Origin: Sphaerodactylus townsendi
Lineage: Eukaryota
Direction: 5' to 3'
Length of the DNA: 64,000 bases
Assembly (NCBI RefSeq): GCF_021028975.2
Contig: NC_059427.1
Location: 121,334,001 to 121,398,000, forward strand
The notes under the pieces were generated by a model. That model had not been told where the DNA came from, ran no database searches, and saw only the letters and a program-made list of their open reading frames with translations. Numbering within the stretch: the first letter of the stretch is position 1; each line of letters begins with the position of its first letter. Below are positions 1 through 11,368 of this stretch, in pieces. The translations under genes and the position numbers were made by a program.

Positions 1-1022
1 CACTCAAGAAGCTACTTCAGGAGAATATTCGTCTTGGAGTAGTTTTCCCAAGAAGAGTCTGAGATCAGTAGTCTCTTATCTACTGATCTTTTCTTTGAAA
101 AACCACTTCAAGATTGATTCCCCCGGAAGAAGTTTCTTGGGCAAAGTTTGCTGAGTAATAAAATATATTTTTACCTATTTTACACCATGGGCCTTGGCCT
201 TATTTTTCCCTCCTGTGACTCATATAGCCCTATTGTCTATCCTTGTTTATCCTAGCTATAAAATTCAGACAACCAGGAGCAGAAAGTTTAAAGATAATAC
301 TGTATTTGAGCTTTCAGCTGCAATAAGATGATGCATCAAATACATTAATGTGAGGTTATGAACTGGAGGATATTTCAGACTTAATAAGGTGATAACATTT
401 GATGGCATGCTGTGCCTAGTGTTGAATGTGAATTCGGGGCATCTGAGTTCATGCCTTTGGTATAGCTTACTGTTTGACCAATTAATCTCAACCTAAATTT
501 ATTTAGGGGGTTGTCAGAATACAATGAGGTAAGTTCATGTATGCTTCCCTTGAGCTTGCAGGAAAATAGAATTCTAGTGACCTAAACAATCCATTAGCAG
601 TCTTCATAATGCTAGACATAAATGTAACACCTTAGTGGGAACATATGAAATGAATTAACACAATCTAATTTATAGGAATTTTCTCATTGCTCCACCTGGA
701 ATTTTTAAAACAATCACTACTTTATAACTGTGAGATAGAGATGGCATTAGGGAAGCAGCTCCTGTTCCAATATATTACATTTTTTAAACGTAAGTATTGA
801 GCTCCGCCTGCTATGCAGCGAATTAGCTATGCAACCCAAATAAAATATTTGCCCCTGCTGATCCACGAGAGATTTGGACGACTGGGTGTTACAAAAGGAT
901 GGAAATTCAGTGTTACAGGTTAAAACCAATGAACCCAACTAAGAAAACGAAGAGCGATGAGCTCAGCGACAAAACCGCTGCCATTCGCAAAGGCATAACT
1001 TCGCTTTTCAATGGCCGAGAAC

Positions 1023-1093
1023 GTTGTGGGTTCCGCACAGCATATTTATAACAAGTTGAAATCGTTATAAATATGCTGTGCGGAATCCACAAC
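1023..1093. mobile_element. Short foldback MITE, Harbinger-like GATTCCGCA family
   Basis: 30-bp inverted arms 1023-1052 and 1064-1093 with one mismatch and an 11-nt spacer; termini resemble the elements at 35368 and 55022. Confidence 0.7.
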
Positions 1094-1442
1094 CCTCCTG
1101 CAAAGGCTCAAGCAGATGAGTTTCGGCTCTATAACCAAGAAGGAAACTCGAATGCAGAACTGCATGAAACTTCTTTGGCGACCTGAACACATTACTTGGA
1201 GGCTGTCTCTAAGGTACTCTAAAATGTGGGAAGGATGGCGTAAGTCCCTCCTTGCATATTTTTGAAAACTAGTTCAGAATCACAGCAATCTAATTTGGAT
1301 GATTTTACAGACAATAGAGGCGAATAGTGAACTCACACGAGTAGATAGCGTTGCAAACAGTAGATCGGCTGATTTAATCCTCCACCCTTGCTCCCCCGGG
1401 CTAAAGGTGCAAAGAGAAAGCCTGCAGCTTGCACTCCACAGC

Positions 1443-1572
1443 GGACTACATTTCCCAAAAGGCCTAGCGAGCGTAGCGACTCCTTGCCTAGTGTGGTGAG
1501 CGAGCGCCGGGGTGCGCCCGCTGTTGGCGGTTGTCCTTGGGTGGAAGAAGCAGCCTGCACAGCCGGGAGGGG
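1443..1572 (+). promoter_or_regulatory. SLC25A19: Probable SLC25A19 promoter and non-coding exon 1 with ZNF143/THAP11-type motif
   Basis: CpG-rich patch; GGACTACATTTCCCAAAAGGC at 1443-1463; candidate GTGAGC donors at 1496 and 1573. Confidence 0.65.
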
Positions 1573-2319
1573 GTGAGCAGATGCCGAACTCAGGAAGGGT
1601 TCTAGGGTGGGGACTCCGTGGGAAGTGGGGTGTTGCAGATGCTCAGGGTTTAATCCCTATATTTATGTGTCTCTTAGAGACCGATGTTGCAAACCCTGTT
1701 TCCATGTAGGATCTGCTTGTGCTGGGAATGCACACTCAGCTATATTTCCTGCTTTTTTTTTAATGCTTCACAAGTTCTAGATATAAATACGGGAAGAGGT
1801 TAAGCCGCCTGAGTCCGATTGATCTTTTTTTTCTTTCCAGTCAAATGGTCCCTCATTGAATCACCTCGTCCTGCTCAATGAATGTGATAAACAGTGTTTT
1901 TCAGTCTTAAAAACACACAGACCTTTTTTGTTATGTAATATGTTTATATTGCCTTGTTACGAGGTTTGCTTGTGATGATTTAGTCAAAAAATGCAAAGGC
2001 CAATGAGCTATGAGTAATCGTTTCCCGTTGGCTGTGCACAGTCCTCATTTTTGATGGGGTGGGGAGGAAGCAATGGCTAGGGCTCAAAACAAAATCATTT
2101 GTATCTTGTGATTTGGGATAATATTGTGGGCTTTTGCCAGACCGTTCCTGTGACTCAGTGAGAAGCAGCTAGAGTTGCCTGCTGCATGGAGAAAGAAACT
2201 TCCTGTCCCTTTGGTTTCATGGGATGTTACTTCATGTTATGCCATGAAAAACTTCACCTGCCCATTTCTACACATTAAGCCTCTATTAAAAGAGAAGGCT
2301 ACCAATCTTGATCCTCTTT

Positions 2320-2492
2320 GATCTGAGATTGAAAATGCCTTAACAGTCCAGGTGCTCGGGAGCAACAGAAGGCCATTGCTTTCACATCCTGCATGTGAGC
2401 TCCCAATGGCACCTGGTGGGCCACTGCGAGTAGCAGAGAGCTGGACTAGATGGACTCTGGTCTGATCCAGCTGGCTTGTTCTTATGTTCTTA
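2320..2492 (+). mobile_element. CR1-type 3' end fragment
   Basis: ctggactagatggac...ggtctgatccag followed by a ttcttatgttctta tail; boundaries approximate. Confidence 0.6.
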
Positions 2493-3978
2493 TTTTTTCT
2501 CTAGGCCTTTTGGTAACCCTCATTGGAACTAGCTGTTCCCCATTTAAGCAAGCAGTAGTTTACTCTCAGCAGGAGCAGAAGAGGTTGTGAAAATGTGTTC
2601 TGTCAGTGACTAGAAAATATACACTGAACTTGTGGGGGAAACAGTCTTGTGGAAGTCCCCACTAGTCTAAAATAGATTTTTTTTCTTCAAGAGAAGATAA
2701 TTCTTTTGTGTCCAGTTTAAAACCAGTGAGTGACATTAGCTTTCTGTTCAATGTCCAAACAAAGCAGTAAGCTTGTATTTTATCACAGTAAGACTCTGCT
2801 CGAACTATTAACTTTCCACCCATCACTGAAAAGCAGTCCAAGTGTACCTGCATCTGAAACATGTTATTTCTGTAACCTTTTCCTTATAATAAAAGTTTGG
2901 TTCCATCGTGCCCAAGTTCAGGCCAAGTTTATCCTCTTTAAATCAGACTGTATGGTTACCTCATACCACCTTGCAGAGCCGGAGTCATAGTCTTGGGGGA
3001 AAGGGCAAGTAGTAAGATTTGGAAAGACTCTGCTTTAAGGGCTTTGCAAGTTGCTGTCAGTCAAACTACATAATTCAAGGTCAGCTATTTGACAATTTTG
3101 TATGATCTGGATACTCTGCCAGTGGCTTTAAGAGTTCCTGAGCAGTGAGAAGCTGAGGCAGGAGAGATAGATAGTTGGATAGTCTGTTGGTTGACATTTC
3201 TTTCCCACTGCTGCTGAGCGAAGCCTGGCAAGAGGAGAAGGTGGACAGCTGAAGGTTTCAGAATTAAGATAGGTAGCGCCACAACTCCTGCTGATATATT
3301 GTTTGTTTTCCTGGAGCTGTTAAAGCATGAGTGGAATCTCAGGTCATAATTTGAATTTAAGGGGCACAATATGTGTGAACATGACGTGGTTAACTCTGCC
3401 ACAGCTGTAATATGGACCAAATCTGTATTTGTATGGTTGGTTTGTGTAACGTGGTTAAATGTGGTTGAAAATGCCCTCCTAGTCTTGTAACGTTGTTATA
3501 CTTGTTTCTCGATATTGTGTTACATATTATTGAGCAGAAATGTGTTTGTCTGTTGGCTAGTCTTTGTTGAAGTGTTGTCTTTATAGCATAACTAAAACAA
3601 CAGGGGTTCAGTTTCAGTTTACTTACTTCTAATGCCCCATTTACATATATGTGCATACAGTCGTTATGAGTGATAAGAAAGTGAGATTATGCCACCCTTT
3701 GACTCCAGGGCACACTTGGTAATGTTTTTAGAATGTGTGTTTTAAATTTCATGTAAATAAATGTTGTGTTGAATGAACTCTATATACATAGATCCCAGTT
3801 ATGCCTTACATCCAATTCATGCACACCAGCCGTGTCTGGGAGCCGGAAGAGTTTAGCTTCCCAAATGAGTTTTCAAGTTGAAGCAGATTTCACAGCTAGA
3901 ACTCTTTATTTACTTGCTGTCAATGGCATTGTTCACAGGAGTGAATGGATATTGAAACGGCCTTTGGATCCTGGAGGA

Positions 3979-4110
3979 ATGGTTGGCTATGACCCTGATT
4001 CCCAGTGCGCATCCCTCTCAGCAGCAGAAATAGCAGTAGCAGGATCTGCATCTGGGTTGGTCACTCGGGCACTGATTAGCCCCTTTGATGTTCTAAAGAT
4101 CCGTTTTCAG
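3979..4110 (+). CDS. SLC25A19: Mitochondrial thiamine pyrophosphate carrier, coding exon 1 (132 nt)
   Basis: [44 protein letters not shown]; carrier signature Px[DE]xx[KR]; strong Kozak ggaATGg; donor GT at 4111. Confidence 0.96.
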
Positions 4111-5034
4111 GTACAACTTTCTACAATGTGTGTGATAGCCTTCCAACATTACAGTGGATGGTTCTGAAAAACTGTCCTTTCTAGAGTTACTAATAAAGTC
4201 TTGAAGCTGGTAATCGGCCATGCATTAACTGTTCATGATACTGGATCTTTAGCATGTAAACAGTTCTGACTGTGTGGTTAGTGACATGATTATCATACCT
4301 CGCAGATTATTGTTGAAGTTGTTAAGAGGCCATTCCTCAAGTTAGGAGGGCAGTATGTGGCCTCACTAGGTGACTAAACTCTTAACTACTGAAAGTTATG
4401 TTTAAGTGAAAGGCTGTTCATGGGTTATTGTGGTTGGAAAACAGGTATGGAAATCAGTAGTGAAGAAATCAGAATAGGTGAGATTCAAATAGTAATTCTT
4501 GCTGATTTTGTTTATTAGCCTTGAATTTCCAGAGGGTCAGCCATTAAAGTGATAACCTGGCCTACAGTTAGAGTTGCTGTCTTTTTTTCAGCTGTCCTTA
4601 ACTGCACAGCAGATGGAACCAAACTGTTTTTAGGCACAGAGTTCTGGTGCAGCTTTTAAACGAACAGGAAATTGTCCTTAAAGCAATCCTTGGCATAGCT
4701 TTATGTAGTCCCCTTACCTTGTTCTGGATGCCCTAACTGAAATGGACTTGCTCTTGGATCAGAAGGAATAGCCTTTTTGTAACTGATTATAGCTGTGTTC
4801 TGGTTTAAGGTTTGGCTGTCCTCCAGTATCTCTGAAATTGTTCATGTCTGTTTATCCTTTTTAAGTATACATATATATTTTTTTCATGTAAAATGTTGTT
4901 TTGATAGCTCACCTCAAGTTATGAGATTCGAACCCAGTTCATTTCCTTTCAAAAAAAGAACAAATTTGTTTATACCCTCAGATGCTTTAAGTTTCAAACA
5001 TTACCACTGAAAACTAACTCTCCTCTTGCTTTAG

Positions 5035-5190
5035 CTCCAGATTGAGCAGCTGTCTTCCAGAAATCCACAGGCTAAATATTATGGTATCTGGCAGGCTATT
5101 TGCCAGATTTTGGGGGAGGAAGGGCCAAAGGCTTTCTGGAAGGGCCACGTTCCAGCTCAACTCCTCTCGGTCAGCTTTGGAGCTGTTCAG
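5035..5190 (+). CDS. SLC25A19: SLC25A19 coding exon 2 (156 nt)
   Basis: [20 protein letters not shown]...[25 protein letters not shown]; branch ACTAAC, acceptor ttag, donor gtaaga. Confidence 0.96.
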
Positions 5191-5380
5191 GTAAGAATCG
5201 GAATGCTTCAGGTTAACTCATTACTTTGGAATATGGTACCTTCTCCAACAGCAGCCTTTAAAATTGCAGCTGCCTTTCAGTTGTGTGTCTCCATAGACTG
5301 ATATTTACTTTGCCACAATTAAGATGTTGACACAGAAGGGTTTGATTGGGCAGAGGGACAAGTATAAAAGACTGGGTCCT

Positions 5381-5571
5381 GGGTCCATTAGAGTGTTTCC
5401 ACAAATGGATTTTTTTTTTTGTCTGTGAAGTGCGAGTTTTTCTCTTCCCACCCCCCATTGCAGCTCTAGTGCCCCTCCAAAATGTTGCTTCTGCAGTGGG
5501 AGTGGGGAGGTGAGGAAATCGCACTCAAAGGATGGAAGTTCTTCCCTCTATGGAAGCACTCTAATGGACCC
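5381..5571. mobile_element. MITE with ~21-bp terminal inverted repeats
   Basis: gggtccattagagtgtttcca ... tggaagcactctaatggaccc. Confidence 0.55.
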
Positions 5572-6251
5572 GCACCAGGGTTCTGCTGTCAACTGGAATG
5601 TACGGGCATGATAGCTCAAAACTATTGCATTGTTCTTATCCTGTAGCGGTGAGGTGATTTGATCTTCCTCTTACCGTGATATTGCTGTGATCATTCCACC
5701 CTGTTTTCTTGTGTGCTGTGTTGTGGGAAGAGGCCACAGTACCATTTGTTAGGATGCGGGTGAACCTTATTGCAGGGCACTAGAGATTCTGTGAGCTCTG
5801 TTATGACAAGGGCATTCAATAGGGAAGTTGAAAGGGAGACATTCCACAAGAATTGTCATGTCAGGATCAACAGCCCCACACTCCATAAAATAGTGGCCTT
5901 CTCTATTTACAGGTAAATTTAATATTTACAGAGCTTTCATAGACAAGAGCCTATTTTTGCAGATGTTAAAATGAAGCAGTCACAAAAGGGTTTTTCCCGT
6001 AAATTGCCCTAATTCTATTCTCTAAGAATCTGGAACCAGCTGATAAGGCTAGAGTACTCTTATTGGAGCAAAGTTAATCAATGGGACTAATGACCCAATA
6101 GTATGTACTTCTACCCAGAAATAAATTCCAGTATGGTTGGCCAGGATTGCTGTCAGGGGAAGCATCCATAGTATTGTTGCCTAAAGCATTGCTCAGATCC
6201 CCCACATAATTGGGGGGGGGTATTGCTGTAACAACTCAAACCTGAATGACC

Positions 6252-6446
6252 CAGGCTAGTGTCTGAGCTCATCAGATCTCAGAAGTAGGGTCGGCCTTGT
6301 TGGAGGGAGACCAATGGAATACCAGATTATTATGTAGAGGAGGTCACTGGCCTGGCCAACCACCTCTAAACATCTGTTGCCTTGAAAACCCTACTGGTTT
6401 GCCATACATCAGCTGCAACTTGACAGCACTGTACATATACACACAT
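6252..6446 (+). mobile_element. 5S rRNA-derived SINE with RTE-like tail
   Basis: Head resembles 5S rRNA (agatctcagaag...gggtcggcc...gggagacc); tail caacttgacagcac; related copies at 7249, 22548 and 61523. Confidence 0.65.
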
Positions 6447-6495
6447 GTTGCTGGAGTATATGTTGCACTTGTGGTATGGAGAATAGTATGATATA

Positions 6496-7239
6496 ATATT
6501 GTTGAAGGATTTAACTTCTGGAGTCATTGGGGTGTTGTGGGTTTTTCGGGTTGTATGGCCTTGTTCCAGTAGCACTTTCTCCTGACATTTCACCTGCATC
6601 TGTGGCTGGCATTTTCAGAGGATCTGATGGTAGTAAAGCAAGTAGAGTATATATACCTGTGGAATATCCAGTGTGGGAGAAGGAACCATTTGCATTGGTT
6701 AAAAGTGTTAAGGGTGTAATCTGCAAGTGTAATTTGCATGTGTTAGGTGGAATTCACCCATTTTAGCATGTATGTAATCCTGCATGTATGTTTCCTGCAA
6801 TTTAAACAGAAAGGAAGAAGCTATGAAAATGAACAAAATTTGGCTACCAGTACTTTAAAACACTAAAATCAAGACAATGGTTAGTGAACACCACCCAGAT
6901 ACAGGATGTATCTCTGCAGGAAACAATTAAATGGATTAAAATGCCAGGCTACTACTATGAGGATGCCCCCACTGGTTGATTATGCAACTTCAGTGTTACA
7001 TATATATGCTAAAATGGGTGGACTCCACTTAACACATGCAAATTACACTTGCAAATTGCACCCTTAACACTTTTAACCAATGCAAATGTTTCCTTCTCCC
7101 ACCCTGGACGTTCCACAGGTATATATACTCCACTTGCTTTACTATCATCAGATCCTCTGAAGCCACAGATCCAGGCAAAACGTCAGGAGAAAATGCTACT
7201 GGAACACGGCCATACAACCCGGAAAACCCACAACACCCC
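6496..7239. mobile_element. Penelope-like inverted pseudo-LTR insertion with degenerate hammerhead motifs
   Basis: About 250-bp inverted arms; flanked by direct repeat agtatgatata (6485-6495 and 7240-7250). Confidence 0.75.
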
Positions 7240-7248
7240 AGTATGATA

Positions 7249-7400
7249 TAGCCTGATCTCAGAAGCTAAGCAGGGTTGGTACTTAAATGGGGGACCACCA
7301 AGGAGGACTCTGCAGAGGAAGTCAATAGCAGTGGAAGTTCACTGGCAGCTCACTTGCACTTAAAAAGCCGTCACACTTATTGGGAGGCTGTGAGTACCGT
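7249..7400 (+). mobile_element. 5S-derived SINE fragment
   Basis: gcctgatctcagaagctaagcagggttggtacttaaatgggg, a 5S-like head; 3' boundary approximate. Confidence 0.6.
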
Positions 7401-7465
7401 TTGCCTTTCTTCACCTAACCCGAATGTACTTATTTCGGTTGTCTGTTCTTGTCTTCTGATGCCAG

Positions 7466-7636
7466 TTCGTCACCTTTGAGCTTCTGACCAAGCTGGTGCA
7501 TGATGGCACATCGTACCACGCCCGTGACTTTGGTGTGCATTTCGCATGTGGTGGTTTGGCTGCTTGCGCTGCCACCATCACGGTTCAGCCCCTTGACACA
7601 CTGCGCACCCGCATGGCTGCCCAAGGAGAGCCAAAG
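7466..7636 (+). CDS. SLC25A19: SLC25A19 coding exon 3 (171 nt)
   Basis: [12 protein letters not shown]...[33 protein letters not shown]; cag acceptor and gtaaga donor; not in the ORF track. Confidence 0.96.
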
Positions 7637-8599
7637 GTAAGAGGTGATTGAGGAGGCTTTCCAGTCTGGTTCCAATGTTATATGGCTACCTTTCAGATCA
7701 GAAAAGCCCCTTTCCAAATTGGGTGATAGCCACCTAGTGACCTGTGAAGTGCTTTGGGTCCTTCCACACCATTGGTGTGGCAGACCTGTCTAAGACAAAT
7801 AAAAGACCCTGTCCAAGACAAATAAATGACTTATCAGAGGACCTACAGACCTACCTTAGAAGGATTTGACTGGGGAAGTGTTTGGGAACTGACCATGAGG
7901 AGCAGAGCTGAGAATTTCAAATGCCAATTGAAGGACAAGAGTTTGACTCACTTGGGTCAGGGAAAGCTGGGTTAAAAAGCCAGGTCTCTAGAAAAGGCTT
8001 GAAGCATGAGAGGGAAGCAGCCTAAATACAGAGCATTGAAGATTTATTCTGATAGGCTAGCTGAGACAGAAACAGGAGAAAGAAGCAAAAAGAGGAGACG
8101 GATGGTCTTGAGAAGGAGGAGGAAGGTAAGACAAACTGAGGAAGGGCTCTTTTGAGGGGAAGAAACAATATTATTGCTGTGCTGTCCCTGGAGGTGTTGA
8201 TGTGCCTTTTGCAATAGTTCTTTGACTTCAGTTGCTTTTGCAAATAATATTTTCTGTTGGTCGATATCCATTTTCATGTTGTTGCGCACAAAGATTTTTT
8301 TGGTAACTCTGAAAGTGCCATTTTGCATGTGACGTTTGTGGCCTGTGTAAACCTATCTGTGTATGAAGCATGGAGTTTTCTCACATCACTCTCCGTTTTT
8401 GCAGCTCCTTCTAATCGCTAGAAGATCATTCTCAAGGAGAATAGCTGTGCAGCTGGAGAGAGGAGGGTCAGGGAGATGAAATTACTTTTCCTCCCACGGT
8501 TCCAAGTGTACCTCTGCTGAGAAGTGGGAACAGTTTCATTCCCTGGTCCCTGCTCAGCCCGATCACTTGTGCAGCTAGTCTTGTGAAAAGGTCCTACAA

Positions 8600-9037
8600 C
8601 AGTGATGGTGAACCTTTTCGAGACCAAGTGCCCAAATTGCAACCCAAAAACCACTTATTTATCACAAAGTGCCAACATGGCAATTTAACCTGAATAACCC
8701 CCTCGAGCAGGGGCTAGCCTGCTGTAGCCTCCAGCAAGTCCCACATGCCTCTCTAGCATCTCTGCCTCTCTAGCATCTCTGCCTCCTTGCCTCCCCCCCC
8801 TGCCCCGCCCCCCGGACAGCAGCCACCTGGAGCACAGGCACCAGGCCTGCCAGCCGAGTCCTCCCTGCTCACTGAGGTGCATGCACATCAAGTCCAGTGG
8901 CCCAGGCCAGCCTAGATGTGTGTGTGTGTGTGGATGATTCCCCCCCCCCACCACATGACAAACTCTGCGTGTGTGTGCCCACAGAGAGGGCTCTGAGTGC
9001 CACCTCTGGCACTCGTGCCATAGGTTCGCCACCACTG
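8600..9037. mobile_element. Non-autonomous hAT element, OC1/OposCharlie1-like
   Basis: TIRs CAGTGATGGTGAACCT / AGGTTCGCCACCACTG; perfect 8-bp TSD TCCTACAA (8592-8599, 9038-9045). Confidence 0.85.
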
Positions 9038-9346
9038 TCCTACAACCTTAGAAAGGAGCTTTCTGAAGAAGCTGGGAATGGGGAGGAATACACTGAACTG
9101 AAACCTAAATACAATCTCCCCTGACTATGTTGAGTATTCACAGGAGGAGAGCACTTACATGAGTAGCTAGGATTGGAAAATATTAGATGAGGTGGTACCA
9201 AAAGAGACTGGGCTGAGGAAAAGATGCAGGAGGAGCCACAACACTGACCTTGTAGTTGCTCCTCCCAAAGCACAAATCCAAATCTCGTGTCTGGTGATGC
9301 TTTCTTCTGCACCAGTAAAAAGATTCTGCATTCAAAATAAGATATA

Positions 9347-9594
9347 GAATTAAGCAACTCACTTAAAGTTGCCGCATACAAAATCTTACCCTGTGAAGGT
9401 TACATTTGATTTTGCTATCCATAACCCTCCAATTATGATGGACAATAATCTGTTAAAGCAGTTTTATACAGATCTGTATAGAATTGTACTTTAACAGATA
9501 TTTTCTATTATAGTTGGATGGTTATGGATAGAAAAATCAAATGTAATTCCACAAGGTAAGATTCTGTATGCAACTACTTTGAGTTGTTTAATTC
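9347..9594. repeat. Long degenerate palindrome (old MITE-like foldback)
   Basis: Centred on tacagatctgta (9467-9478); arms pair imperfectly for about 120 bp. Confidence 0.7.
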
Positions 9595-9953
9595 TTTAGC
9601 TCACACATGGTATTCTTTTGTTTTGGGTCACCCCTTACTACGATGCCATTTTGTTTTTGCTTTCAAAATAAATTCGCTATTGTATATGTGTCCTTTTTTT
9701 CTTGATGAATCATTGTATAAAATAGGAAAGCTTCAGAGGTAAGGATAAGCATGCTGATCAGAGTGTTGGAGCAAATGCCTATAATAGGGGGATGTGGCTG
9801 GAGACTGGAGAAATGTCTGAAAGTGTTACTTTCAGAAGTTCAGCTCCCTGAGCCAATTGTGAGAATTGTTTGAAATCTGTGTTGCAGTGGAGAATGGGGA
9901 GTAGTATCAATATCAAAAGCCTTCGCTGATTGCTCCTTTTTGTATCGTTTTAG

Positions 9954-10137
9954 ATTTACAAGAACCTCCGCCATGCTGTGGTCAACATGTATCAGAGAGA
10001 AGGGCTGCTGACCTTTTATAGGGGTCTCAACCCTGCCATCATTGCGATTATCCCTTATGCTGGCCTCCAGTTTTCATTATATAACTCTCTGTCAAGACTG
10101 TATGAATGGATTGTTCCAGGTGAAGGATCAAAAGCAG
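9954..10137 (+). CDS. SLC25A19: SLC25A19 coding exon 4 (184 nt)
   Basis: [61 protein letters not shown]; tag acceptor and gttagt donor. Confidence 0.96.
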
Positions 10138-10356
10138 GTTAGTCTTTGGTACTGTGGATGCAGGGAGAAGAGATCAGCAAACTCTGTTCTGCTACAGAAC
10201 AAAGATAGTTGCAGGTGTGTAGCCATGTTCACATGCAGTAGAAGAGGAAGATTCAAGTCCAGTAGCACCTTAAAGATCAGCAAGGTTTCAAGAGTCAATG
10301 CTCTCTTCATCAGGTACTGGTTGGTTTGACTCCCAAAAGCGCATACCCTGGCTACC

Positions 10357-10492
10357 NNNNNNNNNNNNNNNNNNNNNNNNNNNNNNNNNNNNNNNNNNNN
10401 NNNNNNNNNNNNNNNNNNNNNNNNNNNNNNNNNNNNNNNNNNNNNNNNNNNNNNNNNNNNNNNNNNNNNNNNNNNNNNNNNNNNNNNNNNNN
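10357..10492. other. Assembly gap (N run)
   Basis: Run of N. Confidence 1.
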
Positions 10493-10619
10493 ACTAGACT
10501 CTTGTCAAGAATAGTCTGTCACTTAGTAGTGCACAATCCTGCTCAAGGGCTTGCTATGAAGATAGGTTCATAAATCACTACATACCAAAAGGGCTGTGTA
10601 GTTGGCTGCTTTAATAATT

Positions 10620-10700
10620 CATTTTCTCTTGTACCACCCAGTCCCTTGCTGTTGTCTTTCCATTTTCTCCTGTACCACCCAGTCCCTTGCTGTTGTCTTT
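10620..10700. repeat. 41-bp tandem duplication
   Basis: cattttctcYtgtaccacccagtcccttgctgttgtcttt x2. Confidence 0.85.
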
Positions 10701-11368
10701 TTCTGAAGACAAGTCATCAGTTATAGTGAAATGCCAAATCACAACAAAATGTTGTGTGTAATCTTTTAGACTGTCCAAGGGTTGCCACAGTGGTGTGAAC
10801 AGTTTGCTGTGGTCAGGCAAACATACAACAACTTGGGCCCACCTTTCCAGTCATCCTGAAGGCTGTAAGAGCATGGCTGCTCTCTGACAGCCCTGAGGAG
10901 GACTGGAAAGGTAGCATCGATCCCACATTTCTAGTGGTCCATAATGATGAGAGAACATAGTCACTGGGGCTGTTCCACTTCTTACTGTTGTCCAATCCCC
11001 CCTCCCCGCCAATAACAGTCAAAGGCAGGACCTTTTCCACCTTTAAAGCCATCCTTGGGGGTTAAAGAGGGGCTTCTGAGATGTCTCCAGTATCCCCTTT
11101 TCTCAGATTCCCAGCTTTCCTGCCACTGCTCACCCCACCCTCTCCCTTCTCCCCTGCTCACTTACCCACTTTCTCCCACATTTCCCCCAACCCAAAATGT
11201 CACCAAAAGATTTTTTTTATCAGCATCATTTGCCTATTAGCTGTAGGTGCGAGTTAGCACCTCAACTATTTTTTAGCTTTTCAGATATCTCTGCAACAAT
11301 CACCTGCCATCTCCTCCTCCCACTGGTAGAAGTACTTTCTGACAGCAGAAAGCATAGTTAGGAGCCAA

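Noticed and set aside
6580-7190. Two further hammerhead-like motifs
   Set aside because: Core nucleotides are mutated or deleted; the minus-strand copy at about 43649-43688 is also broken
7249-7310. 5S rRNA gene
   Set aside because: Truncated, diverged and fused to a SINE body; the same holds for the other copies
10298-10573. ORFs spanning the first gap
   Set aside because: Artefacts of the N run
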